From the NCBI RefSeq assembly GCF_006345805.1, contig NW_021833598.1:1-57374 (forward strand): DNA of 57,374 nt. The letters run 5' to 3'. The DNA comes from Octopus sinensis. Its lineage: Eukaryota. The notes below the pieces were generated by a model. That model saw nothing but the letters and a program-made list of their open reading frames with translations, was not told where the DNA came from and made no database searches. Made by a program: the position numbers and the translations under genes. Shown here piece after piece: positions 12,249 through 25,099 of this stretch (position 1 is the stretch's first letter; each line of letters starts with the position of its first letter).

Positions 12249-12774
12249 CACCTTATTATAATTCAGCCTTAGCTAAGGATGGATACCATGAGAAAATCCA
12301 ATATTTCAGTAGTAGTAGTAATAATAACAACTCTTATAACTCAGCTAGTAATAATACGATTCCTTATAACAACCTTACAATAACACAACAATAGCTACAC
12401 ACACAAAGTCAAAAACCTAGATAATAGAATCCCAAACCATAAGACTAATAAAACACAGACACATTAGAATCAACCATGAGTTACAGAAAACTTATAATAA
12501 ACAACAAATTAAACAACTACTGCCACAAAATCCAGTTGTCACTCCAAGCACCCAGACAATCAGACCTAATTGAAAATATAAAAACCATGACGTCCTTTGG
12601 TATAACTCAATCTGGAGTTCCAACATCTCGTCTAATATGCAAAACAATTTTTCACCACACTTGATCGCTACTTGCCTAAAAATGGAGTGCACAGCAAAAT
12701 ATTCAACCGTCACACTATAAAACTATCCTATGCAAATTCATCAAAGTTTGAGCACCATAGGCGCAGGAGTGTGC

Positions 12775-12926
12775 CCATTCTCCTTTGCTGTCAGCTGGTC
12801 CTTATTTCATTGACCCTGCAAGGATGAAAGGCAAATTCAACCTAATTGAACTAAGAACATAAGGATAGGTGAAATATCACTAAATATTTTTGCCCAGCAT
12901 GCTAACAATTCTACCATCTTGCTGCC

Positions 12927-12928
<2 letters not shown>
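12775..12928 (-). mobile_element. SINE family C
   Basis: ggatgaaaggcaaa...gcatgctaacaattct...ttgctgcctt. Confidence 0.7.
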
Positions 12929-12969
<41 letters not shown>

Positions 12970-12971
<2 letters not shown>

Positions 12972-13525
12972 GCCCTGATGCAGTACCAGGCAGTGGCTCT
13001 CATGGCTTCTGATCTTAACTGATTGGAAGTGTTATCATGTACATTGTTTTGTCTTGGTATAAAAGATGGGCTACAGCAAATATTCTGCTCAATACCACAG
13101 ATTTGCTTGTCAGTTGTTTGACCTTAACCAGTTGAGCATGTCCCTTAGTGGCTGACGATATGTGCATCTCTGATCACGAGCAGAAGTAGTGGGGGAGCAT
13201 CATAGCCATGTGTTGAGAGGGATTCTTTGGGGTTTGAATAGTTCACCTCTGGAAACATGGGTGGTTCTTTCAACATCCTTAAACAACCCTTATTCAGGGA
13301 CCGTTTGAGCAGGATGGGCTACTCAACCTGAAGAAAATTCTAACTGGGCCCCACCTGCAAGGTCATGTGCAGTTTATCTTGATATGAGATCACCATGTCG
13401 CGCACATATGGTTGTGATGCATGTGCCTGGTGTACCTTTATCAGACGGGTAGTCATGATGGGTATATTGGGCTTCGTATATTTTACCCCAGTGTCACTTT
13501 GATGGCATGAACTGCTCTCTCACTC
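12970..13525 (+). mobile_element. Non-coding dispersed element flanked on both sides by (TAA)n, probably R4/Dong-mobilised
   Basis: A second copy lies in reverse at 45073-45537; both are embedded in TAA/ATT tracts. Confidence 0.75.
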
Positions 13526-13544
13526 AATAATAATAAAAATAATA

Positions 13545-13935
13545 GGCGCAGGAGTGGCTGTGTGGTAGGTAGCTTGTTTACCAACCACATGATTCCGGGT
13601 TCAGTCCCACTGCGTGGCACCTTGGGCAGGTGTCTTCTACTATAGCCTCGGGCCGACCAAAGCCTTGTGAGTGGATTTGGTAGACAGAAACTGAAAAGAA
13701 GCCAATTGTATATATGTATATATATATATATATGCCTGTGTGTGTTTGTCCCCCTAGCATTGCTTGACAACCGATGCTGGTTTGTTTAAGTCCCCGTTAC
13801 TTAGCGGTTCGGCAAAAGAGACCAAAAGAATAAGTACTGGGCTTACAAAAGAATAAGTCCCGGGATTGAGTTGCTTGATTAAAAGCGGTACTCCAGCATG
13901 GCCGCAGTCAGATGACTGAAACAAGTAAAAGAGAA
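13545..13935 (+). mobile_element. SINE family A, full length
   Basis: From head ggcgcaggagtggctgtgtgg to tail gtaaaagag. Confidence 0.9.
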
Positions 13936-14759
13936 AGAGAAAGAAAGAGAGAGAAAGTAAACTAAGGTGAAGATTAGTCAGCACTCAAAATGACCTCTCG
14001 ACATCGACCATAACTCATATGACCAACCTAAAGACAACGTTTATAAATCGAATTATACTATCAAACCAACAGAGTAATAATTACAATATCCATGACAGCC
14101 ATCCAAAAAATAGCACCAGCAACAATTCAAATAATAAACTGAGAAAACCTACAATAGTGATTATAAAACAATAATATTGACAACCAACATACCGAACTGA
14201 ACCATTCCTTCCAGTGCTCAATGTACACAAACCAATGAAATCAAATAGTTATGCTCATGCAGAGATAGATCCAGTTGTCTTCTGGATAACCAATGTATTA
14301 CTAAGAGCATGGTATACAAATGCACTATAAACACTAGAGGAGGTCCCTACATATATATCGGTGCAGCAACTGATTTTTTCAAAAATTGATACTGCAACCA
14401 TATCACCAGTTTTCAAAATATCCTTAAACGATATGTAACATCACTGGCTGATTTTATTTGGAGGCTTAAGGAAGTGAAGACAAAATACACCTTTAGATGG
14501 TCCATACTTAGAAATGTGAGTCCCTACTACACTATATCCCGGAAATGCCAGTTATGCTCCGAGGAGTCAGTCTCGATAATGTTAACAAAGGAGCGCATTA
14601 TAAATAAATTCATTGAACAATTACCCAGATGCCTACATGAAGCTAAACACACACTCACATATTACAATAATGGCCATACATAATTTGATGTATACATGGC
14701 GCCCACAGCTCTTAATACACCTGAAGTTGAGGAACCATATTCGAATAACTTGTATTTGA

Positions 14760-15420
<661 letters not shown>

Positions 15421-15783
15421 TGGTAAGACAACAAAAGAATGAAAGAAACCTTGATATTATGTAAATAGAGGAATTATCTGTAAATGTAATATGTGACAAT
15501 TATTTGGTAGCCATGATAAGATTCTGAAACTTACATGCATGCATACATACATACATACATACATGCGTATGCACACACACACTGAGCCACACACATGTGC
15601 ACAAACAAACAAAAAGAACATAGCTTGGATAACGGACAGAGTCAATAACTATTGAAACGGTTGCAAGACGCAACAAAAATGATAGAAAAATAAATAAGTA
15701 AATGAGAGGAAACTTTACCGGTGTGTGTGTTAAATTATAAGGCACCAAAAGAGAATGACCCTCTCCAGACACAACATAATATA

Positions 15784-16296
15784 TCTATATATATAAAACT
15801 GTAGTTGTGTGAGTGTCTGTCCCCTTCGATTTAGATTCCTAACTACTCCCACATTTTGCGGTGCAGTTTAACCAAATTCGGGTATCTTATAGTCGTGATT
15901 CATATCGAGCCCGTCTGGGTATTAGCGCGCGTCTACGATGAGTCTACGATTTTTAAAATAATTTAACATCATTTTTTATTCCATTTTAATGCATAATTTT
16001 TCGTGTGTCGATGGCGGCAGAGTTGGTGTCCATGGTCACACCTGCACCTGTTTGCTTCTCCCCCTTCTTCCCTCCCTCGTGAAGCTGTGAGGGAGGGAGT
16101 GTAAGGAAATCAACGTCGTAAAGCGTTGTGAAGGAGACCAGCGTTCTTTTAGAACAACGACTTCATGGCTTGAAGACACCAAAACAGGAATTGCTAAGAA
16201 AGCCCAAATTGGCATCTATAAGGGAAGTAACTCTCTAAAAATGCTTATATAGTTATTTCCCTTACAAACCCGAGCAACGCCGGGCGATACTGCTAA
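15784..16296 (+). mobile_element. Non-autonomous Helitron, complete
   Basis: Inserted between A and T; 5' TCTATATATATAAAA, subterminal hairpin CCCG-agcaacgc-CGGG (16269-16284), 3' CTAA (CTRR). Confidence 0.75.
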
Positions 16297-16324
16297 TGTA
16301 TATATAAGGGGAAATTCACAAAAA

Positions 16325-16497
16325 AAGCAAAAGACGAAGACAGGTGGTTTAGACAACAAACAGCTGTATTAGCTTAACTTTCAGGAAGTGAAAAAGTCTT
16401 TAACGTTTCGAGCCTACGCTCTTCGACAGAAAGAAACACAGAAAGAAACAAGGAGAGAAAATAAAGAATGTGTAGTGGCTAGCGATCTATCATGGCG
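16325..16497 (-). mobile_element. Penelope-like terminal repeat (pLTR) fragment
   Basis: Second copy at 20670-20838; carries a minimal hammerhead motif. Confidence 0.65.
16397..16434 (-). ncRNA. Minimal type I hammerhead ribozyme variant
   Basis: TCTTT-CTGTCGAA-GAGC(GTAG)GCTC-GAAAC-GTT-AAAGA: stem I, core with U instead of A6, stem II, GAAA and palindromic ACGT stem III. Confidence 0.6.
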
Positions 16498-16621
16498 GAA
16501 AAAAATACACACACACACACTCACATATACATACACACACACTCACATATACATACACACACATACACACACACACATATGATGGATTCTCCTGTTATGA
16601 ACAACAAATAATGGTTCTGTA

Positions 16622-16800
16622 CACACACACATATATATGCATCGGGCATGGCTGTGTGGTTAGGGAGCTTGCTTCCTAGCTATATGGTTTCGGGTTCAGT
16701 CCCACTGCGTGGCACTTTGGGTAGGTGTCTTCCACTATAGCCCCGAGCCGACCGGAGCTTTGTGATTGAATTCGGTAGGTGGAAGTTACTGCCGTGTGTG
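16622..16800 (+). mobile_element. SINE family A, head
   Basis: gggcatggctgtgtgg...gggttcagtcccactgcgtggcac. Confidence 0.8.
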
Positions 16801-17354
16801 TACGTGTGTGTATAGCTGCTCAGTGCCTCTCCGAAAGAGAGAGAGGGATATACATACATATGTACACATACACACACACATATATCTACAAACACATACA
16901 TATAAAGGAAAAAGGAGGAGGAGGATGAGCATGTGGAGAAGAGAGTGTGTGAAGTAGGGAGCTTTAAAGAAAGATAGAGATTGTATATGTGTATATATAA
17001 TATTCTCTTCAGATGGTTCATGTATGTGTATATTTATAAAATCAAATAGAATTGAATGTGTGAATACATTCACATATATATATATATATGTATGTACAGG
17101 GACACACACATACATGAATCTATATGTGTGTGTGTGTGTATCCTCTAAAATAGAGCAATCCATTTAATTCTGTGCAACTAATGTACTCATAAATTTGTGT
17201 GCGTACATGTGTGTATCGAACACTTCCCTGTTATAACTCATTGGGAACCTAAAGTATCCCAGCTGTCAGTCAGTCTGACTAGATTTAGTTGAGTGTGAGT
17301 TCTGTAGTGTCTACTTTGAGGGTTGTTTATGGCACAACTTATTTAGAAATACCT

Positions 17355-17420
<66 letters not shown>

Positions 17421-17605
17421 ATTCTTTCCTCATTTCTCTCCCACTCTCTTTGATATATGTATGTGTACATACATCTCACTCTACTTTCACTCTCCTTCTC
17501 CGTGTGTGTATGCATATGTGTGTATACATATACACACACACACACACACATATGTATATATATATATACAAATGTATGTATACTTATGTATATATTTATA
17601 TATAT

Positions 17606-18028
17606 ACTCTTTACTCTTTTACTCTTCTACTCTTTTACTTGTTTCAGTCATTTGACTGTGGCCATGCTGGAGCACCACCTTTAGTCGAGCAAATCGACCT
17701 GGGGACTTATTCTTTGTAAGCCTAGTACTTATTCTATCGGTCTCTTTTGCCGAACCACTAAGTGACGGGGACGTAAACACACCAGCATTGGTTGTCAAGC
17801 AATGCTAGGGGACAAATACAGACACACAAACACACACATGCATACATATATATATACGTATATATGACAGGCTTCTTTCAGTTTCCATCTACCAAATCCA
17901 CTCACAAGGCTTTGGTCAGCTCGAGGCTATAGTACAAGACACTTGCCCAAGGTGCCATGCAGTGGGACTGAACCCGGAACCATGTGGTTGGCTGACAAGC
18001 TACTTACCACACGGCCACTCCTGTACCT
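17606..18028 (-). mobile_element. SINE family A, full length
   Basis: Head, body and tail all present. Confidence 0.9.
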
Positions 18029-18029
18029 A

Positions 18030-18409
18030 TATGTATGTATACATATGTATATATGAATATATATATATGTGTATATATGTATGTAGACATAAATAAGTAT
18101 GTCTGCATATAGTGTGTAAATGTCCAGGAAACTGCTTGTTCTTAGTAAATATAAAATACATATAGGAGTACAGTTTTTCATGCTTCTAGTCTCTGTGCAT
18201 TTGTGTATGTATGAGTATGTATATATACATACAAACATGCATATATATATATATATATACATACAAATATGTATATATATAAATGTATATATATATATCT
18301 ATATATATGTATATATATATATGTATATATATGTATATATATATGTATATATATATATATGTATATATATATGTGTATATATATATGTATATATATATAC
18401 ATATATATG

Positions 18410-18470
<61 letters not shown>
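18030..18470. repeat. (AT)n/(GTAT)/(TAA)n microsatellites
   Basis: Direct inspection. Confidence 0.9.
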
Positions 18471-18473
<3 letters not shown>

Positions 18474-18564
18474 ATCCTAAGCCGAGTGTGAGGTGAGCAG
18501 TGGCTAGCTTCTTTTACTCTTGTAATATAATATAAGAGTTAAGACAGCCGCTATCCCTTAAACT

Positions 18565-19020
18565 GAACAAGTCGTCCATATTTATTTCATTTTCTCCGTT
18601 TTGTGCGTTTGTCCATCCGTAGATTTCTACTACACACACACACACTCACCACATGTAATTAAAAAAAGTTCAAATGGGGAATTATTCCTTCAATATTATG
18701 TTTATTATATAGATTATGTAACAAATTATACTTTACACTATATTTAACTGTACGTGTATATTCCTTATTTTTGCTTCTGGTGTCTTCTGCCTTTCTATTA
18801 GAAACGTTTACCTGGGAATTTACTTAAAGTGAAAAAAATCGTATACAACAGATAAGTCATCTTAATAACAAATTTCTGTGTACCAGACCTTTAGCTGTTA
18901 TTTTTAGCATAACGAATTTTCTGGTGAAGGCTTCATTTAGCTTCCTTGCCTTCAGCAGAAATCTACGGATGTACAAATGCACAAAACAGAGAAAATGAAA
19001 CAAATATGGACGACTTGTTC
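18565..19020. mobile_element. Inverted-repeat-bounded element (MITE-like) with 64-bp arms
   Basis: 18565-18628 versus the reverse complement of 18957-19020: 4 mismatches; no TSD identified. Confidence 0.7.
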
Positions 19021-19374
19021 TGAAACACTCCCGAATGGGAAACAGTTCTGGAAATTAACCCCCAATTGTTTTCCCGCAAAATGTCCTTGGAATCTACATA
19101 GTACGAGGTATATTTGTAGAGAATTTCATTAAAAAATATCCATTTTATTGAAAGTTAAGATGAATTTTCTGAATTTCCTCATCCCATCCCTCCTAAAACA
19201 CTTATCCCCCAAAATTTTGTTGTATATTTGGAATCTACATGATATAACACATATTCGGAGAAAATTTTATTAAAAAATATCCATTTTTTCTCAAAATTAT
19301 GAACATTCGAATTGGGGTGAGTGGGTGGGCAGAAATCTGTAGTTATGCTGACAAATTTGACACTTTCCTTCTAG

Positions 19375-19418
19375 GCATGGTTATATATGTATACAGAAAT
19401 ACACGAGTGCAGAAGCTA
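19375..19418 (+). other. Candidate 44-nt microexon
   Basis: Acceptor gacactttccttctag, donor gtaagc; all three frames open. Confidence 0.3.
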
Positions 19419-20365
19419 GTAAGCAAGGAAAATAACTTTGTAATGGAAATCCTGTTTCTTAATATGACGGACAGAAAATAAATAAGAAATTTTAACAGAA
19501 AATCAAGTATTGTATGGATTGAAGTGATATTTGTCATTCAGTGAACCAAAGAGCCAGTATTGAAGGAACCAGAAAGAAACTGTCAACAACAGAAGAACTC
19601 AAAACCTTATAGATTGAAGTGAAATTTATAAAGGTACTTCTGTCAGTAAATTATGAAATTACTTACATCAGTAACTGTGAACTTCTTTCTGTCAGTAATT
19701 TGACACTGTTTGTTTGTAAACAGTGACTGAAAACTTACACTTACAGTGAAAACAATAATATGGAAGTTGAACAATGGTGTATGAATATTGAAAGTGAAAA
19801 GAATAGCTTCTGAAAAATGAAAATGAAAACAAAAGATATAGATTGAGAGATATTACACAGAAATAGATGGAGAGAGATCGATTGAGAGATATACATAGAG
19901 ATATGTTACGTCACTGACACTAGAAAACCAGAAGTAAATATTCTAAAATCTTTCAAAGACGTGAATATAATATAAAAAGCAATATTTTATATTTTTAATA
20001 GTTTTTATTAAAAAAATCAAACGAACAGCCAATTATTTGTCCGAGGTCAAATCATTCCATGCATCACAAGTATGAGAGCAATTGGTAAATCCATTTCCAC
20101 GTGAAAAGTGAATATGCACACATCTCTATTTTATATATTATCAGATTAGATTAGATTAGATATATATTTTATTGTGTCTGGAGAGAGTAATTTTCTTTTA
20201 ATGTTTTATTACTTAACACACTCACTGGTTCGATTTCCACTCATTTACTTATTTATTTTTTTCTAAAATTTTCATGTCATCTTGCAACTTTTCGATGGAT
20301 GATTGAAAAAATTGCAACATGCAATGAATAAATAAATATATAAATATATATATATATATATGTGC

Positions 20366-20409
<44 letters not shown>

Positions 20410-20669
20410 ACATAATACATTGTACTGAGATTCAAGAAAGGTTAATAAGCAAAAATTTATAGTTATCCAGACTCTACATACACTTACAATAGCAAAAAGC
20501 AAGAATGTTTAAAAAAATTGGTGGAAATTTTGTGGAATTCAAATATCTTGTTTTTATGTAAATTTATATTTGTGCGCATGTGTTTTGGTTTAAATATTTG
20601 AGCACACAAAATGGATGTTTAGTGATAATGATATATATAGCTTGATTTTACAAAAAAACAAACAAAACA

Positions 20670-20838
20670 AAAAACGAAGATGGGTGTGTAAACAACAAAC
20701 AGATGTATTAGTTTAACGCTTGGGAAGTGAGAAAGTCTTTTATTTTTCGAGCCTACGCTCTTCGACACAAAGGAACACAGAAATAAACAGGAGGAGGAAA
20801 TAAAAAAAAGGTATTGTGGCTAGTGATCAATCACAGCG
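20670..20838 (-). mobile_element. Second pLTR-like copy with decayed hammerhead (20736-20773)
   Basis: Aligns with 16325-16497. Confidence 0.6.
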
Positions 20839-20839
20839 A

Positions 20840-20971
20840 ATATATATATACATATATATACACATGTCTAGTTATCTATCTATCTCTATATATATATACA
20901 CACACACACACAACATATATGTATGTACATATGCATATATATATATATGTATGTGTATGTGTGTGTATATA

Positions 20972-21006
<35 letters not shown>

Positions 21007-21102
21007 ATATATGCATAATACATATATATATATATACATACATATATATATACAACACACACACAACATATATGTATATACATATGCATATATATGTATG
21101 TG

Positions 21103-21156
<54 letters not shown>

Positions 21157-21525
21157 TATGTGTGTGTACATATACATACATATATACATACGCACACATA
21201 TATATATATATATATGAATATATATATGTATGTAAAAATTATGTGTGTGAGTGTGTAAAAGTGAGAGTGGACAGGAAGAAAAGAGGAGGGGAGAGGGAGG
21301 GAGAGATTAACAACATTTTAGAAAGTGACCGCAATGCAGTCGGGAATAGAATTATTATGAATAAGAACAAAGATTAATGCCTTAACTTAACATATTTAAT
21401 AATCAGACATATATATACATATATATTATGTGCATATATATATTTATATATATATATATATATATATAGTGCTAAATGATGATGAGGAGGAAGGGGAGGT
21501 TGGTGATGATATATATATATATATG

Positions 21526-21563
<38 letters not shown>

Positions 21564-21638
21564 CACACACATATATATATATACACATATATATATATAT
21601 ATATGTAAATAGATATAGATATATGTAACTGTGCTATG

Positions 21639-21670
<32 letters not shown>

Positions 21671-22087
21671 CATAGGTGTGTAGTAGTGTGTCTATAAAAC
21701 TTCTTTTTATATTCCATTTCACACACAAGCCAACCATGACTAACATAGCAAAAATAACTTTATATACAAGAATACATAGAAACACATACACACACACAAA
21801 CACACACTCATACCCATAAATATACAAATATACCTATAATTATTCATATATAAAATTATTCATATGTATATATATGTATACATATATTTATATATGTATA
21901 TATATGTATGTATATATGTGAATATATATATGTGTGTGTGTATATATATATGTGTGTGTGTATATATGCATGTGTATATTTATGTATATGTGTGTATATA
22001 TTTATGTATAATATACACTTATGTATATGCATATGTATATAGACTTGATAGATAAACATATATCTATATATATATATATATATATTA

Positions 22088-22137
<50 letters not shown>

Positions 22138-22170
22138 ATATATATATCTATATATATATATATAATATAT

Positions 22171-22220
<50 letters not shown>

Positions 22221-22350
22221 TTTATATAGATATGAACATATTTGTGCATATATAAATCTATCTATCTATCTATTTATACATATATATTTATATATACACA
22301 TATATTCATAAATATATATGTTTGTACACACACACACACACACACACACA
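20840..22350. repeat. Large compound (AT)/(AC)/(GT) microsatellite field
   Basis: Direct inspection. Confidence 0.95.
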
Positions 22351-22696
22351 CAATCATAGCTATATATTTAAACAGTTACAGGTGTCGGGCATTTATCACA
22401 TACACACATATAAACACTCTCACGAGCAAACCCATTCAAACATCTACACAAACAGGCACCAACCCCCCATACATAAAAATTGTTGAACTTGGCTAACATC
22501 CTGTTAGGAATTGTGAATTATTACACTTTGCTAGAGTGATTTTGACCATTTAAAACGAATTGAATTTCTCTCAAATGGTACTTATATTTTAAAACGCTCA
22601 AAAGTATTCCAAGAAAAATCTAATATTAGACAGAAATGGTCTGTACAACATCTCAAGGTTCACTGAATTGTGTTGACTGTCTACCTTGGTTTACAG

Positions 22697-22723
22697 TAGA
22701 AAATGTTTCCCTGGTTTGTCAGA
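22697..22723 (+). other. Candidate 27-nt (or 24-nt NAGNAG) microexon
   Basis: Acceptor ctaccttggtttacag, exon TAGAAAATGTTTCCCTGGTTTGTCAGA, donor gtaagt. Confidence 0.3.
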
Positions 22724-22949
22724 GTAAGTTTCCGTGTTCTCGCGATTACTCTTACCTGTCTGTTACAAGAGATTTATGTGCTGGATTGCGATGAATTGGT
22801 CTGGCGTTGTTTGAACTTAAATTGATTGTCTCCCCTTACAATGAGTGTGACATCATTTAGATTTGTTAAAAATACTGTTGCTATATCTTTGGACTGTTTC
22901 AAGAGTTAAGGCCTCTTGGTCTGAGTTAATAATTCTATTAGTTGATCAA

Positions 22950-23300
22950 TTAGTGTGTGTGTGTGTGAGTGTGCGTGTTCGTGTGTGTGTTCGTGTGTGT
23001 GTTCGTGTGTGTGTGTTCGTGTGTGTGTGTTCGTGTGTGTGTGTGTGAGTGTGCGTGTTTGTGAGTGTGCGTGTGTGAGTGTGCGTGTTCGTGTGTGCGT
23101 GTTCGTGTGTGCGTGTTCGTGTGTGTGTGTGCGTGCGTGTGTGTGCGTGCGTGTGTGTGTGAGTGTGCATGTTCGTGTGTGTGTGTTCGTGTGTGTGTGT
23201 GTATGTATGTGTGTGTGTGAGTGTGTGTGTGTGCATGCATGTTTGTGTATTTGTGTGTGTGTGAGTGTGCATGTTCGTGTGTGTGTGCATGTGTGAGTGT
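22950..23300. repeat. (GT)n with recurrent gtgttc interruptions
   Basis: Direct inspection. Confidence 0.95.
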
Positions 23301-23428
23301 GTTTGGACTAAATTTAACTGTTTGCATAAAGGGAAATGAAAACACAAAATCTCCAAATTAAAGTATTCTACATGGGAAATTTTGACTGGGGACTGTTGCT
23401 GTTGCCACCTACAGCTGCTACTGGAACA

Positions 23429-23493
<65 letters not shown>

Positions 23494-23807
23494 GAGAGTT
23501 ACGTCTTTTCTTGTATATATATCTATTACGAAGACTATAGAGAGAAGAGTTTAATTATTGTACAGAGAAAAGTCTGTTAAGAATACCATTAATTCTTAAA
23601 GAGCCGATTATGTAAGAACTAAATCCCTTCTCACAGGTAATATTTGGCACTAAAGAGATTTTTATCTTCACAGAGATTAGGTAAAGAAGTGCTATATGTT
23701 ACATGAGAAGTTTTGCAGGAATTAGTCTTTTGACTTAATTTTTTTAGAGAAAATACTTCACCAAATATCTTTATTACTAGCATTTATTCCAGAGAATGTT
23801 CTGTAGT

Positions 23808-23959
23808 GTGTAGGAGTGGCTGTGTGGTAAGTAGCTTGATTATGAACCATATAGTTTCGGGTTCAGGCACCTTGGGCAAGTGTCTTCTACTATAATCTCG
23901 GGCCGACCAAAGCCTTGTGAGTGGATTTGGTAGATGGAAACTGAAAGAAGCCCGTCGTA

Positions 23960-24017
<58 letters not shown>

Positions 24018-24256
24018 ATATATGTATGTGTGTGTATATGTTTGTGTGTATGTGTTTGTCCCTCTAGCATTGCTTGACAACCAATGCTGGTGTGTTTACG
24101 TCCCCGTCACTTAGCAGTTCAGCAAAAGATACTGATAGAATAAGTACTGGGCTTACAAAGAATAAGTCCTGGTGTCGATTTGCTCAACTAAAGGCAGTGC
24201 TCCAGCATGGCTGCAGTCAAATGACTGAAACAAGTAAAATAGTAAAAGAGTAAAGA

Positions 24257-24291
<35 letters not shown>

Positions 24292-24535
24292 ATTATATAT
24301 ATATATATATGTATGTGTGTGTATATGTATGTGTGTCTGTGTTTGTCTCCCAAACATCGCTTGTCAACCGATGCTGGTGTGTTTGCATCCCCGTAACTTT
24401 GCGGTTTGGCAAAAGAGACCAATAGAACAAGTAGTAGGCTTACAAAGAATAAGTCCTGGGGTCAATATGCTCAACTAAAGTCGGTGCTCCAGCATGGCCA
24501 CAGTCAAATGACTGAAACAAGTAAAAGAGTAAAAA
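23808..24535 (+). mobile_element. SINE family A full copy followed by a second 3' half
   Basis: Head at about 23808, tail at 24250; the 3' body repeats at 24310-24535. Confidence 0.9.
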
Positions 24536-24744
24536 GAGAGAGAGAGAGAAGAGTATTTTACCACAGAGAAAATGACATAAGAAAGAACTAAATTCCTTCT
24601 CTGGAATAAGGAATTATTCCAGAGAAGGATTTTGCTGATTGAATGAGCTAGTTGTGTGGAAAGTTGGTTCTTGTAGCTCTCTTCCACTTAGCGGTCACCA
24701 ACTCAGGTGTGTACCTCTCCACCCTACAAGGCTGGTGAATCTTC

Positions 24745-24910
24745 AGTGTGCGGCTTCTTCCAGTTTTCCGTCTACCAAATCCACTCACAAGGCTTTGGTC
24801 AGCCCGAGGCTATAGTAGAAGACACTTGCCAAGGTGTCACACAGTGGGACTGAACCCGGAACCATGTAGTTGGTATGCAAGCTACTTACCACACAGCCAC
24901 TCCTACGCCT
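24745..24910 (-). mobile_element. SINE family A, head
   Basis: Reverse complement of ggcgtaggagtggctgtgtggtaag. Confidence 0.85.
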
Positions 24911-25099
24911 ATTTTTGCAGTAAATAATTCAAAATTCAGTTGGTATGATGTTGAAGTTGTTCTCAGTAAACTAGCACCGAAACCCAATATAATCCAAGAA
25001 CGATATTCATTTTCTGTCTTGTAAAGGCTTAAAAGAAACAAAGGCAGCAGTGTGTTCTGCTGGATGGGTAACGTCAGCGAGCATATATGACTGTCTGTC

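Noticed and set aside
13545-13620. tRNA genes
   Set aside because: The tRNA-like heads are SINE 5' regions continuing into SINE bodies; no complete cloverleaf was found.
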